Source: Myxococcota bacterium (GTDB lineage: Bacteria; Myxococcota_A; Bradymonadia; UBA7976; UBA1532). Taken from it: a stretch of DNA of 64,000 nt. Both the position numbers and the translations under genes were made by a program. Numbering within the stretch: the first letter of the stretch is position 1; every line of letters begins with the position of its first letter. The notes under the pieces were generated by a model. It searched no databases. It was not told the DNA's origin and saw nothing but the letters and a program-made list of their open reading frames with translations. The stretch spans positions 25,171 to 89,170 of the forward strand of contig JAYZEG010000010.1 in NCBI GenBank assembly GCA_036337435.1. Direction: 5' to 3'. This document shows, one piece after another, positions 39,336 to 49,068 of the stretch.

Positions 39336-39828
39336 GCGTAAAGTGTCCTTTGGAACTGGCAAAATGGATTGATTGGGCTTAGCCGATAGAGAATTGAAAC
39401 GCAATGACCGACTCCACCAAAACGTGCCAACATGAATGGATTGAGTGTTCAAGAGCCGAGACCCAATCTGACTGGCGGATACAGGTCGGCGAGCATGATG
39501 ATAAACCAGCCCGTCCATCAACCCTCGGGTTCATCTAGTGGCCTCTTGCACAGAAATCTACAACTCCGTAACGTGTAGCCTAGACGAGAATGTTCGGCCG
39601 GTAAGGTGCATCCTTGGTGAATCGGCTGGACGGACCAAATCACGAGATGGGCGAACGCTCTGCAGATGACATTTGTAGACGAAAAACTCGATAGCTGAGT
39701 CGAGAAAGTAAGGATTGAGTGAGGGTGGCAAACTGCTCGTTCGACCCGACTTGGCACATCTCTGTCAATGACATCAGGGAGTATTCGATGGCGTTGAATC
39801 AGCGTAGACAGCGGCTTGGGATAGATGC

Positions 39829-40230
39829 ATGGTTACACCACACGACATAAACGAAATGCTGAAAGAGATTTGGCCAGATACACCTGTTTTATGCGAAGAG
39901 GTCGAGGCGACTCAGGCACTGGCAGTTTGGCCTGTTTCCAAAGCCGAATTGCGCCCAGGCGGCACCATTTCAGGCCCGACCATTTTCGGGTGTGCCGATT
40001 CTGCATTTTGGTTTCTCATTAATGGGGTCCTGGGTCACATTGACCCGACCGCGGTGACTCAAGAACTGTCCATTCGCTTCCTACGCCCTGCCCGCGGGCC
40101 TCGACTCTATGGACGGGCTAAACTTGAACGGCGCGGCCGAACTTCGGTCGTAGCAACCGTCTATGTCTGGGTCGATGATGAATCAAAGCCGTGCGCAATT
40201 GCTCAGGGCACCTATCAGCTCCGCTCTTGA
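39829..40230 (+). CDS. PaaI/hotdog-fold thioesterase
   Basis: ..GGTISGPTIFGCADSAFWF.. matches the PaaI-type (G)GxxHGGxxxxxxD hotdog signature. Length 133 aa. Confidence 0.7.
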   Translation: MVTPHDINEMLKEIWPDTPVLCEEVEATQALAVWPVSKAELRPGGTISGPTIFGCADSAFWFLINGVLGHIDPTAVTQELSIRFLRPARGPRLYGRAKLERRGRTSVVATVYVWVDDESKPCAIAQGTYQLRS

Positions 40231-40372
40231 ATAATCGAACTTGAGACGCTACATGGTGCTCGAAAGAACCAGCGCACGTCTGATGTTCTCCTCGGCGGCA
40301 CAGAAGACTGTTTCGCTGCGCATAACGGTCAGCGTGAGACAGCTTGAGACCATGTTCGATGATGGGTAAACC

Positions 40373-40990
40373 ATGAAACAAAAGCATTTTATCGACAGTC
40401 ATAAAGGCGCGACGCCCATCGCCATCTTGGTTTTGATGTCCATCTATGACAATTGGCAGAACACAACAGCTTGGGTCTATTTCGCAACCCACGGTACCTA
40501 CGGAATCCTGTGGGTTCTTAAAAGCAAGACTTTTGGCGATCGACAATGGGAAAGTCCATGTGGCCTTCCATACGGACTGTTTATTTGGGCGGGCCTGACA
40601 TTGTACTGGATCGCGCCTTGGTTGATCATCGCGGGCAATATTGAAGCACCGGCCTGGTGGCTTGGCAGTGCCACCATGATTTATGTAATCGGTGTGTTTT
40701 ATCACTTCGTGTCAGACATGCAAAAACACGTGACCCTGTCCCTTAAAAAAGGGCTTATCACAGACGGGCTCTGGTCTCGCAGTCGAAACCCGAACTACTT
40801 CGGTGAGCTTCTCATCTATGCGGGCTTTAGCAGTCTGGCCATGCATTGGATTCCCATGGCCGTCCTGTGCTTATTCGTCGGCGTAATTTGGATTCCCAAC
40901 ATGATCAAAAAAGACCGCTCACTGTCCCGATATCCTGATTTTGAATCCTACAAAAAACGCTCGGGCTGGATGTTTCCTAAATTTTTCTGA
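40373..40990 (+). CDS. DUF1295/ICMT-like membrane methyltransferase-fold protein
   Basis: ..GLWSRSRNPNYFGELLIYAGF.. (RxPxYxGE motif of the isoprenylcysteine carboxyl methyltransferase/DUF1295 family) and 5-6 TM helices. Confidence 0.65.
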   Translation: MKQKHFIDSHKGATPIAILVLMSIYDNWQNTTAWVYFATHGTYGILWVLKSKTFGDRQWESPCGLPYGLFIWAGLTLYWIAPWLIIAGNIEAPAWWLGSATMIYVIGVFYHFVSDMQKHVTLSLKKGLITDGLWSRSRNPNYFGELLIYAGFSSLAMHWIPMAVLCLFVGVIWIPNMIKKDRSLSRYPDFESYKKRSGWMFPKFF

Positions 40991-40998
40991 GACCGGTC

Positions 40999-41628
40999 TC
41001 AGAAAGGCCGCTGCCAAAGACTGGCCAGCCAAGGTTGCTGCTCGACGGGCAGGCCAGCCGGCCTGAGATAATGACTAAGATACATGAACCCGACAGATTC
41101 TAGGCTCGCTCTCCAATGGTCCAAATCGTAGTAAGCACCGTATCTATCTCCGTTCCAACCCTCGACATTTTGTCCACGCGGATTCGAACTGAAAAGCACA
41201 CCTCCAGGCTTTAAAGCAGCCAACAATTCACCCATGACCCTGCCTAATTCCTGGCTCGGAATGTGGAACAAGCTTGCGTTTGCAAAAATCCCATCAAAGG
41301 ACGCAGGGGGTAGATCCAGTGCCACGAAATCTTGGTGCAGTACCGAACAGCCGCTGAGGCTCCGCGCCATGTCACAGAAGCGGACTGCCCCATCTAACCC
41401 AACAGCCTCGTGACCCAGCGCAGAGAAGGTCAAAAGATCTCGACCCGGCCCGCATCCAAAGTCCAGTATTCGGAGGGGGCTGACATCGCCGAGACGACTC
41501 AGCAATGCGTTTATGTTTTGTGAAACGTCGTGATCTTTTGTTCCAATCCAAAAGTCTTCGGCGTTCGAATTGTAGTGGCCACACGTTGACTGAGTGATGT
41601 CAAGTAATGCCTGTTCGTCAAGAGTCAT
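40999..41628 (-). CDS. class I SAM-dependent methyltransferase
   Basis: Motif I ILDFGCGPGRD, motif II ..GIFANASLFHIP.. and motif III LKPGGVLF. Confidence 0.75.
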   Translation of the reverse strand: MTLDEQALLDITQSTCGHYNSNAEDFWIGTKDHDVSQNINALLSRLGDVSPLRILDFGCGPGRDLLTFSALGHEAVGLDGAVRFCDMARSLSGCSVLHQDFVALDLPPASFDGIFANASLFHIPSQELGRVMGELLAALKPGGVLFSSNPRGQNVEGWNGDRYGAYYDLDHWRASLESVGFMYLSHYLRPAGLPVEQQPWLASLWQRPF

Positions 41629-41649
41629 GGCAAAACATTAAGCCATCCT

Positions 41650-43116
41650 TTAGTTGGAATCATCTACAGATAAAGGCCCCAAATAGTCACCCTGTGCATC
41701 ATACAAGAAAATCGGGAGCCCAAAGGTTTTCAACCCATCCAATATTTTCGCCTTGTCACCGGCAACAATGATTTGAAACTGCTCGGCAACTGCGTGTTTC
41801 TGAGCAGCGTCGCGCGCCATACTCAGGGAGACTTGAGCCACCTTCTTCATGCGACTATGATACCAGTCGAGTCCTCGTTTCTTAGCGACCAGACCACCTA
41901 ATTCGCCAGCCACATTTCCCATCCGTTCGAACCGTCCGGGAATCCCCTTGATCATACTGCTCTTCGCGCTCTCGACTTCATCCGCGGTGATTGGCTTATC
42001 GCCAGAAACCAGTCTGATTTCTTTGAGAATTTCATCAATGCTTGCTTTCGTTGTCTCACCTTTCACCTTGGCATAGATCAAATAGGCACCATCATCCAAA
42101 AGCCTCATGAACGCCCCTCGAGCACCGTAGGTATAGCCTTTGTCTTCTCTCAGGTTCATGTTGACCCGCGCCGTGAATGCACCGGCAAAAGCTTTGTTGA
42201 AGACCTCGCTCTGAAAATAGTCGGGTGCTTTGGCACCCTCTGCCTGTCTAATGGCGATGACCATAGACTGCGATGAGCCAGGAAAATCGACGAGCCGAAT
42301 CCCCACATTTGAAGGCTTCGTGGATGGCTCAATGGGACTCTCAACTTGGCGACCGGTCCATTGTCCGAGATTGTTCTCTAAGGCGGCTTCCAGTGCTGTC
42401 CTCTCGCAATCACCGACGACCACTACGGTTGCACCGTTGGGTTTAATGAGTTTTTCATATTGGAGTTGGACGTCCTTCCGAGTGACCTGTGCAAGTGTTT
42501 TGCGGACGCCATTGGGTGAATAGGCACCGTAGCCTGACCCGTTCATCACCCGCCTCGCAACAACGAAGGCAACCGATGATGGATTAGATTCACTCGTCAG
42601 GGCCCGAGCATCTCGTTGCGCCTTGACACGATTGAAGTCGGTCTCAGCGAACCCAGGCTTGGTTAAAATCTTAGCCAAGAGCGATAAAGACGCGTCAAGT
42701 TTATCGGCCAGCAAAGACATCGAAAGGGTTGCCGAGTCGATATCCACCCTGACACTGTAGTCTGTGGCGAGTTGAGAAAATGCGTCTGATAACTCGAGAG
42801 CACTCAGGCCATCCGCGCCCTCATCCAGCAGGTCGACCATTAAGGCCGTTGTGCCAGCGCGGCCACCAGGGTCTGTCGCCGATCCCTTCGGAAAAACCAA
42901 CTGTATTGCGAGGAGCGGTGCTTGGGTTTGCCTGACGAACCAAACATTGAGTCCATTGCTGAGAGTCCATGTCTCGATCTCGGGCTGACTCCAAGGTGAG
43001 GCTGCCGCCGGCCCGGGCAGTTTAGAGCGGTCAGGCCCGCCTTGTTTTTGGACCTGACCACCGCCACAGCCTATGGCGAACATGAGGACCGTAAAAAAAG
43101 ATATCGCCCACTTCAT
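41650..43116 (-). CDS. M16-family peptidase, non-catalytic (M16B-type) subunit, lipoprotein
   Basis: Insulinase-fold sequence lacking HxxEH. Start MKWAISFFTVLMFAIGCGG overlaps the upstream gene's stop in ATGA. Confidence 0.75.
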   Translation of the reverse strand: MKWAISFFTVLMFAIGCGGGQVQKQGGPDRSKLPGPAAASPWSQPEIETWTLSNGLNVWFVRQTQAPLLAIQLVFPKGSATDPGGRAGTTALMVDLLDEGADGLSALELSDAFSQLATDYSVRVDIDSATLSMSLLADKLDASLSLLAKILTKPGFAETDFNRVKAQRDARALTSESNPSSVAFVVARRVMNGSGYGAYSPNGVRKTLAQVTRKDVQLQYEKLIKPNGATVVVVGDCERTALEAALENNLGQWTGRQVESPIEPSTKPSNVGIRLVDFPGSSQSMVIAIRQAEGAKAPDYFQSEVFNKAFAGAFTARVNMNLREDKGYTYGARGAFMRLLDDGAYLIYAKVKGETTKASIDEILKEIRLVSGDKPITADEVESAKSSMIKGIPGRFERMGNVAGELGGLVAKKRGLDWYHSRMKKVAQVSLSMARDAAQKHAVAEQFQIIVAGDKAKILDGLKTFGLPIFLYDAQGDYLGPLSVDDSN

Positions 43117-44522
43117 TTGGCCCCTCCTGTTGGCGCAGTCTTGGCTGGTTCCTCGACGGGCAACACATCGATTCGTAAATGCGGCTTTTGCAACCACAGG
43201 TTGGCCGCCTCAAATACCGTATCTGCGGTGAGTTCAGTGTACCGAGCCAAATCGGTTCCAAGATAATCGGCCCGCCCCTTGATATGGTGGTATGTACTTA
43301 AAAGCTGGGCTCGTGACAGCACGCTCTCGACCCGTCCGTAAAAGGACTTCTTGTACGCATTGATGGCCTTAGCCATTTCCTCAACGCTCGGTTTGGTTGC
43401 GAGGGCGTCACCAAGTGCTTTTTTTAATGCCCCTTTGAGATCCTCAATTGACGTCCCAGGCGCAGCGACTGCCTGCACGACAAAGAAACTGCCCAAGGCC
43501 ATGGAGACCTGATACGCATTCACTCGCGTCGCGATCTTTTGGTCAAAAACCAGTGGCTTGTACAAGCGGCTTGTCTTGCCAGCACTCAAAACCGAGGCCA
43601 AAATATCCATCTCTGAATCGCCCTTTGCGTACAAAGCCGGCGTATGCCAAGCCATGACGATCATGGGCAGTTTGACTTCATCCCTGTCTACGATGTGTTT
43701 GTTGGTCGCCAATGATGCGGGAGAATGTTTTGGCCACGGTGTACGCTTGCCCCTCGGCAAGTGACCGAAATATCGGCGAACCAAGGCTTTGGCCTGCTCC
43801 ATTTCGAAATCACCCGCGATGGTCACGATGGCGTTGGTTGCTGAATAATGCTGCTTGAAAAACGATTTTACGTCGTCCAAGCTCGCTGCCGTCAGGTCCG
43901 CATGAGAGCCAATGGTCGGATGCCCATAGGGGTGTTTTTTTGGGTACAGCTGCTCATAGAGGTGTAACCAGACTCGGCCGTAGGGACGGTCTTCATAGGA
44001 TTGTCGACGCTCATTTTTGACGACATCTCTCTGGTTATCCAATTTCTTCATAGTCAACGCAGGCAGCAAATTTTCCATCCGATCGGATTCTAACCAGAGG
44101 GCGAGTTCCAGATACTCTTTCGGGACTCTTTCATAGTAATTGGTTCGGTCTACACTGGTCGTTCCATTAATGGCTGCGCCGATGGGTTGTAAGGGCTTGA
44201 AGTATTCATCGTTGTAATTCTGAGAACCCTGGAACATCAGATGTTCAAATAAATGCGCAAACCCACTTCGGCCGACTTTCTCATGAGCAGACCCCACCAT
44301 GTACCGCACCTCAACAGCGACGACAGGAAGCCGAGTATCTCGGCTGAGAAGTACGGTCAAACCATTATCTAGAACCCATGTTTCAACGTCCACCGTGGGT
44401 GGATTGGCCGTCTTGGATTGGGTGTTTGAAGGCACCTGCTCTGCCGTAGGTGTCCCGACATCGGCCTGACTTTGGAATGGCACAACGAAAGCAAGAGCGA
44501 TAAAAACATGCAGCCGACTCAA
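43113..44522 (-). CDS. M16-family zinc peptidase (pitrilysin-like), catalytic subunit
   Basis: Signal peptide. Inverted zincin motif HLFEHLMFQGS (HxxEH) and downstream Glu region ..NGTTSVDRTNYYE.. Confidence 0.8.
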   Translation of the reverse strand: MSRLHVFIALAFVVPFQSQADVGTPTAEQVPSNTQSKTANPPTVDVETWVLDNGLTVLLSRDTRLPVVAVEVRYMVGSAHEKVGRSGFAHLFEHLMFQGSQNYNDEYFKPLQPIGAAINGTTSVDRTNYYERVPKEYLELALWLESDRMENLLPALTMKKLDNQRDVVKNERRQSYEDRPYGRVWLHLYEQLYPKKHPYGHPTIGSHADLTAASLDDVKSFFKQHYSATNAIVTIAGDFEMEQAKALVRRYFGHLPRGKRTPWPKHSPASLATNKHIVDRDEVKLPMIVMAWHTPALYAKGDSEMDILASVLSAGKTSRLYKPLVFDQKIATRVNAYQVSMALGSFFVVQAVAAPGTSIEDLKGALKKALGDALATKPSVEEMAKAINAYKKSFYGRVESVLSRAQLLSTYHHIKGRADYLGTDLARYTELTADTVFEAANLWLQKPHLRIDVLPVEEPAKTAPTGGAK

Positions 44523-44748
44523 AGCGTCTCCTTTGTATGAATTGGGTAAATGGCTGTTAGCCTAGTCCGCCAAAATCGTCAATCGATGTCAACATCAGCA
44601 GTTGTGGCTACAGAGCCGCCAGCGGGTTGATGATGTAGCCCGCCGAAAAGATGCAAGCGATGACCAACTGGATGTCTTTCTTTTGTTTTAAAAGCGCCGT
44701 TTCGCGCACGCGATGTCCACCATCTTGTCAACCGGGCAAATAATGCCA

Positions 44749-45822
44749 TCAGTCACCACGAATCCAAGGATCGCTCCAATCCATTCGGTCAACGATGCTG
44801 ATGTCACTCAGTGCGAGAAGAAAAGCCTCGAGATCATCCAGTTCGGAGTCGGTCAAATGAAGCGGGCGTATGCGGGGATCTTTATACGGGTTCGTCCGGC
44901 CGTCTCCCACGAAGGGTCCGGACGTAATCAGTCGACCCCCCGCATTGTAATGCTCGAGAACGTCTCGCAGGGTGGCACCGGTTCCGTCGTGATAGTAGGG
45001 CTTTGTGAGCGCAAGATGCCGAAGTGTCGGTACCCGAAAGCGGCCGATATCTGAAGGCTGCCCCGTCAGCTCATAAAGTCCTTGTCGAGAGCTCGGGTAA
45101 GTCCCGGTCTCCAGAGAATATAGACCGGTATTGAACCAGCCATGCCGACCATCCATGGGCTGGTCAAAATCGGCACCACCGTGGCAGCTGGAACAAAGGG
45201 TCCGACGTGAATAAAAGAGTGCCTCTCCACGCTTTACGACCTCATCGATGGCTGTTTCATCGCCGGCTAGAAAACGATCGTAGGGGGCATCGTAAGTCGT
45301 GAGAGACGAGACAAACGCCGCGATTGATAGGGCCAACAAGTCGAGGTCCAAGGCTGTGGCACCAGCGGCCACCAGTAACTGTTGGTATCGATGATCACCA
45401 TTGAGCTCATCGAGCATGTCGTCGATTGATTCGGCGGCCCCCATTTCGATGGGCTCGGTCCCCAACAAGGGCACCAAAAGTTGCTGAGCCAGCGAAACAG
45501 GACTTGGGTCGACCCAACTGAGCGTTCTACGTTCGCTCACGTTGAGTAAGGTCAATGTGTTTCGCGGGTGTATGGCACCCGTTGTCCCGACAGCACGAAC
45601 AAAACCATCCGTGAATCCTTTGGCCTGTTCGTGACAGATGCCGCAAGAGCGGTCATTGTTGAAGGACAAGCGACGCTCGTAGAACAGATGGCGTCCGAGC
45701 TCCACGAGGGGCGAAGATGTCTGGTCTCTGGCCTGTTCAGCTTGGGTGTGACATCCGGAGGACAATGAATAGAGCAGCAGAGCGCCCAAGCCAATTGCTG
45801 AGTTTATCTTCAGCATGGTCAT
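44749..45822 (-). CDS. di-haem cytochrome c peroxidase family protein (CcpA/MauG/MbnH-like), lipoprotein
   Basis: Two CxxCH motifs (CGICH, CSSCH), ..LGRHLFYERRLS.., and the conserved ..PTLRHLALTKPYYHDG.. segment. Lipobox LSSGC. Confidence 0.8.
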   Translation of the reverse strand: MTMLKINSAIGLGALLLYSLSSGCHTQAEQARDQTSSPLVELGRHLFYERRLSFNNDRSCGICHEQAKGFTDGFVRAVGTTGAIHPRNTLTLLNVSERRTLSWVDPSPVSLAQQLLVPLLGTEPIEMGAAESIDDMLDELNGDHRYQQLLVAAGATALDLDLLALSIAAFVSSLTTYDAPYDRFLAGDETAIDEVVKRGEALFYSRRTLCSSCHGGADFDQPMDGRHGWFNTGLYSLETGTYPSSRQGLYELTGQPSDIGRFRVPTLRHLALTKPYYHDGTGATLRDVLEHYNAGGRLITSGPFVGDGRTNPYKDPRIRPLHLTDSELDDLEAFLLALSDISIVDRMDWSDPWIRGD

Positions 45823-45841
45823 CTGCGAGACACCGACAAGG

Positions 45842-46441
45842 TTAGTCTAATTTCATAAATGAGAGGTGTACGGGCTCATTGGCGTCGCCGGTAATTCGGA
45901 CAGTGAATGAACCCCAGGCATGATAGAGATGGCGGTGGTCTATGAGCCCTGAGTCGTCGCAAGCACCATTCCAACTCACGCTTTGAACCGGCTCGATATC
46001 GCAATTTTCATCCAGAATCACGAGCGACTCTTGATACCTCAACGAAGTGGCGATCGTGATGGACCACTCGGGAATCTCTAGGGTGAAATAGCCAACGCCA
46101 GCGTCGGGCAAACGGACAGATAACGCTGTATCCTGGCGTGGAGTAACCACGACTTGGCCCGCAGAATTCGCATCTGCGACGGCGATAATCTCCGTCGGAA
46201 CAGTGCCTAAAAGAGAGCAGGCAGCCTGGGCCAGCGCATCGTCGGGGCCAACTGGCAGTTGAGGTCGTCCCAGAGGCTGCCCCTCCTCCACTGGCTCGGA
46301 CACACCAACCTCTGTTGCAGACCCACCAGAGATACAATCATCTCGCTGCCCCCCCGTATTTCGAGAGGACGAGTCGTGGCCGCATGCAATCAGACTGGTG
46401 CAGAGAATCGGCAGAGCAAAAAACGTACGCAGTGTTGTCAT
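45842..46441 (-). CDS. hypothetical lipoprotein, His-rich C-terminus, partner of di-haem peroxidase
   Basis: Lipobox LIACG. ..GLIDHRHLYHAWGS.. near the C-terminus. 19-nt gap to the downstream CCP gene on the same strand. Confidence 0.55.
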   Translation of the reverse strand: MTTLRTFFALPILCTSLIACGHDSSSRNTGGQRDDCISGGSATEVGVSEPVEEGQPLGRPQLPVGPDDALAQAACSLLGTVPTEIIAVADANSAGQVVVTPRQDTALSVRLPDAGVGYFTLEIPEWSITIATSLRYQESLVILDENCDIEPVQSVSWNGACDDSGLIDHRHLYHAWGSFTVRITGDANEPVHLSFMKLD

Positions 46442-46683
46442 GCGGGGACCACTTTCAATTGAATTGACTTATTTCGGAGCGAAGGGGGTCTTTGGATACC
46501 TTGCACACGTTTGTCCCCGTCAGTTACACTTAACATAGATGCATGTCGCTCTGACAAGGTTGAAAGCAACTTTATCAGGCTAGACATTATCTTCTTGTAG
46601 CCGAGATCAGTTGGCGAGGGTGTTTGAGGTGCCGTAATTTGGCTCACCGGGACAGAAGCTGCGACCGAAGCGTGAGGAAAAAA

Positions 46684-47538
46684 ATGACCGTGCAACATTC
46701 AGGTCGACGTCGTCATCCGGGCTCTTTTCTGAACCGAGTCATTGGGTGTGTGGCTGTGATTGCGTCCTGCTTCGTATTCGGCTGTGGCTCGCCAGATGCC
46801 AGTACAGAAGAACGCGTAGCAGTCGAAATCGCATTCTCTGTGAACGCGGGCGGTGCACCATTTCAATGCGGTCAAGCCGTAGCTGACCTGGGCACGGAAC
46901 GGACAACAGTCGCGATGACAGACATGCGTTTCTATGTCCATGACATCGCTTTCATTGACGAAGATGGTCGCGCCCAACCAATCAGACTGAACGACGACGG
47001 CATTTGGCAGAAAGACGGCGTTGCACTACTCGACTTCGAAGATGGGTGTGCGAACGGAACAACGCAAATGAATAGCCGAATCAGGGGCACGACCACAGAC
47101 GGCCCGTATACCGGCCTACGCTTTCGTATCGGTATCCCAAACCAGCTCAACTCACCACAAACGGTTCTGGAGAACCGGGGCAGTCCACTCAATCAGGCGT
47201 CTTTATTCTGGTCGTGGCGTTCCGGCTACAAGTTCATGCGAATCGATGCAGACAGCAATGCATTTCGGTTTCACCTCGGGTCTGTTGGATGTGATGACGA
47301 CTTCAATTGCCAATTTGAGAATATTCCAACGATCTTGCTCAGTGACTTTACTTGGCAAACTCAAACCGTGACCTTGGATCTCGACGACCTACTCGAGGGA
47401 ACAAACCTGAGTGAAAACACGACGGGTACGGCGCCGGGCTGCATGGGCGACCCAGACGATCCAGAATGCAGCTCGATTTTCGCACGTCTGGGACTCAGCT
47501 CAACCGAGGCTACGGCCTTTTCTGTACGGGATAATTAG
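46684..47538 (+). CDS. MbnP-like candidate (secreted partner of MauG/MbnH-type peroxidase)
   Basis: Lipobox CFVFGCGS. About 285 aa with four Cys pairs and conserved Trp (..SLFWSWRSGYKF..). Sits 11 nt upstream of a di-haem peroxidase. The MbnP call rests on architecture and context, not on a verified motif. Confidence 0.5.
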   Translation: MTVQHSGRRRHPGSFLNRVIGCVAVIASCFVFGCGSPDASTEERVAVEIAFSVNAGGAPFQCGQAVADLGTERTTVAMTDMRFYVHDIAFIDEDGRAQPIRLNDDGIWQKDGVALLDFEDGCANGTTQMNSRIRGTTTDGPYTGLRFRIGIPNQLNSPQTVLENRGSPLNQASLFWSWRSGYKFMRIDADSNAFRFHLGSVGCDDDFNCQFENIPTILLSDFTWQTQTVTLDLDDLLEGTNLSENTTGTAPGCMGDPDDPECSSIFARLGLSSTEATAFSVRDN

Positions 47539-47549
47539 GTCATTTAAGA

Positions 47550-48740
47550 ATGGGAAATCAGACCGAACGGAACACAAATGCGACAAGCGGGTTTATCCTG
47601 CGCTGGTTGCTCATGGTCTGCTCATTTCCAGCTATGGTGAGTTGTGGCGATAGTGGTATCGATGCGTCCGAGACCCCGTTTACGCTTCAAATCCCGGAGC
47701 ATTTCCCAACCGCTCCAGTCCCTGAAGACAACCTGCCCACTGCAGCGAAATTAGAGCTGGGACGCTTCCTTTTCTACGATCCCCTTCTCTCGTTTAACGA
47801 GTCGTATTCATGCGCGACATGCCATCAGCAAGCACTTGCCTTTACAGACGGCCGACCGGTTGCAGTGGGCGCATCGGACCAAAGCCACAGTGTCGGATCG
47901 ATGTCGCTGGCCAATGTCGGCTATGCTGCGACCCTTGGATGGGGCAATCCAACTTTGACATCCTTAGAGGCTCAAGCTCTGGTCCCCATGTTTAACGAAG
48001 ACCCCGTCGAATTGGGACTCAGCGCACTCACCGAGCAAGACCTCTTGGATAGACTACAGGCTGAAGACCGCTATCAACGGTTATTTCCGGCTGCTTTTCC
48101 GGCAGATGACGAACCGTTTACGGTGGGCAATATCGCCAAGGCCATCGCCACCTTCGAGCGCACTATAATCAGTGCCAATTCCCCCTACGACCGCTACATG
48201 AAAGGGGATCGAAGTGCCCTGGATGCGTCAGCGATTCGAGGCATGAACCTCTTTTTTTCAGAACGCTTGGAATGCTTTCATTGTCACGGAGGCTTTGCAA
48301 TGAGTGATTCCGTGAAAAGCCCCGACTTCCCGTTTACCGAACGGCCGTTTCACAATAATGGCATGTACAATCTCGGCGGGTCTGGCCAATACCCCAGCAA
48401 TCAGGGTGTCTATGAGCTCACTCGTGAACGGCAAGACTTAGGCCGATTCAAAGCACCAACGTTACGTAATATCGCTGTGACAGCCCCTTACTTACACGAT
48501 GGTTCAATCTCGACTCTCGACGAATTGATTGATTTGTATGCCGCCGGGGGCCGCCAAATCAGCGATGGACCCCATGCCGGAGACGGAACAGCGCATCCAA
48601 ATAAGAGTGTTTTTATCGTCGGCTTTATTCTCAATGATAACGAGAAGCAGGACTTGATGGCGTTCTTGAATTCGCTGACGGATGAGGAATTCCTGAAAAA
48701 CCCTGAGTTGAGCGACCCATACAAGGACACGACAGATTGA
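47550..48740 (+). CDS. di-haem cytochrome c peroxidase family protein (MauG/MbnH-like), lipoprotein
   Basis: CATCH and CFHCH haem motifs; ..LGRFLFYDPLLS.. and ..PTLRNIAVTAPYLHDGSISTL.. Confidence 0.8.
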   Translation: MGNQTERNTNATSGFILRWLLMVCSFPAMVSCGDSGIDASETPFTLQIPEHFPTAPVPEDNLPTAAKLELGRFLFYDPLLSFNESYSCATCHQQALAFTDGRPVAVGASDQSHSVGSMSLANVGYAATLGWGNPTLTSLEAQALVPMFNEDPVELGLSALTEQDLLDRLQAEDRYQRLFPAAFPADDEPFTVGNIAKAIATFERTIISANSPYDRYMKGDRSALDASAIRGMNLFFSERLECFHCHGGFAMSDSVKSPDFPFTERPFHNNGMYNLGGSGQYPSNQGVYELTRERQDLGRFKAPTLRNIAVTAPYLHDGSISTLDELIDLYAAGGRQISDGPHAGDGTAHPNKSVFIVGFILNDNEKQDLMAFLNSLTDEEFLKNPELSDPYKDTTD

Positions 48741-48979
48741 AATATCCCGTCCTTCTGGTCGTGCTTGTCGTCAGCACACTGTCCTGTCGAAATCAAATCG
48801 GTCACCCATGCAAAGAAAAAGGCGACTGTGCACTGGGGCTTTATTGCGACCTGGAACGGGAAATCTGCGATGATCGAGGCAAACTGCTCAAAAAAAAGGC
48901 CGAGAAAATCTACGTGTACCCAATTCCTCCAAAAACGGCCCCCGCACACCCCAAGGGGATGCCGATTCAGGTGCGATAA
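48737..48979 (+). CDS. small Cys-rich lipoprotein, translationally coupled to the peroxidase
   Basis: ATGA overlap with the upstream stop. MKYPVLLVVLVVSTLSC signal with lipobox. Four Cys (CKEKGDCALGLYCDLEREIC). Confidence 0.45.
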   Translation: MKYPVLLVVLVVSTLSCRNQIGHPCKEKGDCALGLYCDLEREICDDRGKLLKKKAEKIYVYPIPPKTAPAHPKGMPIQVR

Positions 48980-49068
48980 ATGAGTACCAATTTGGCTGAA
49001 TGGAGAGTCCTCGCGTAACTAAGTGCAGATGCTCAAACTCTCTCTAACGGAGAAAAGGGAGGGTATGT

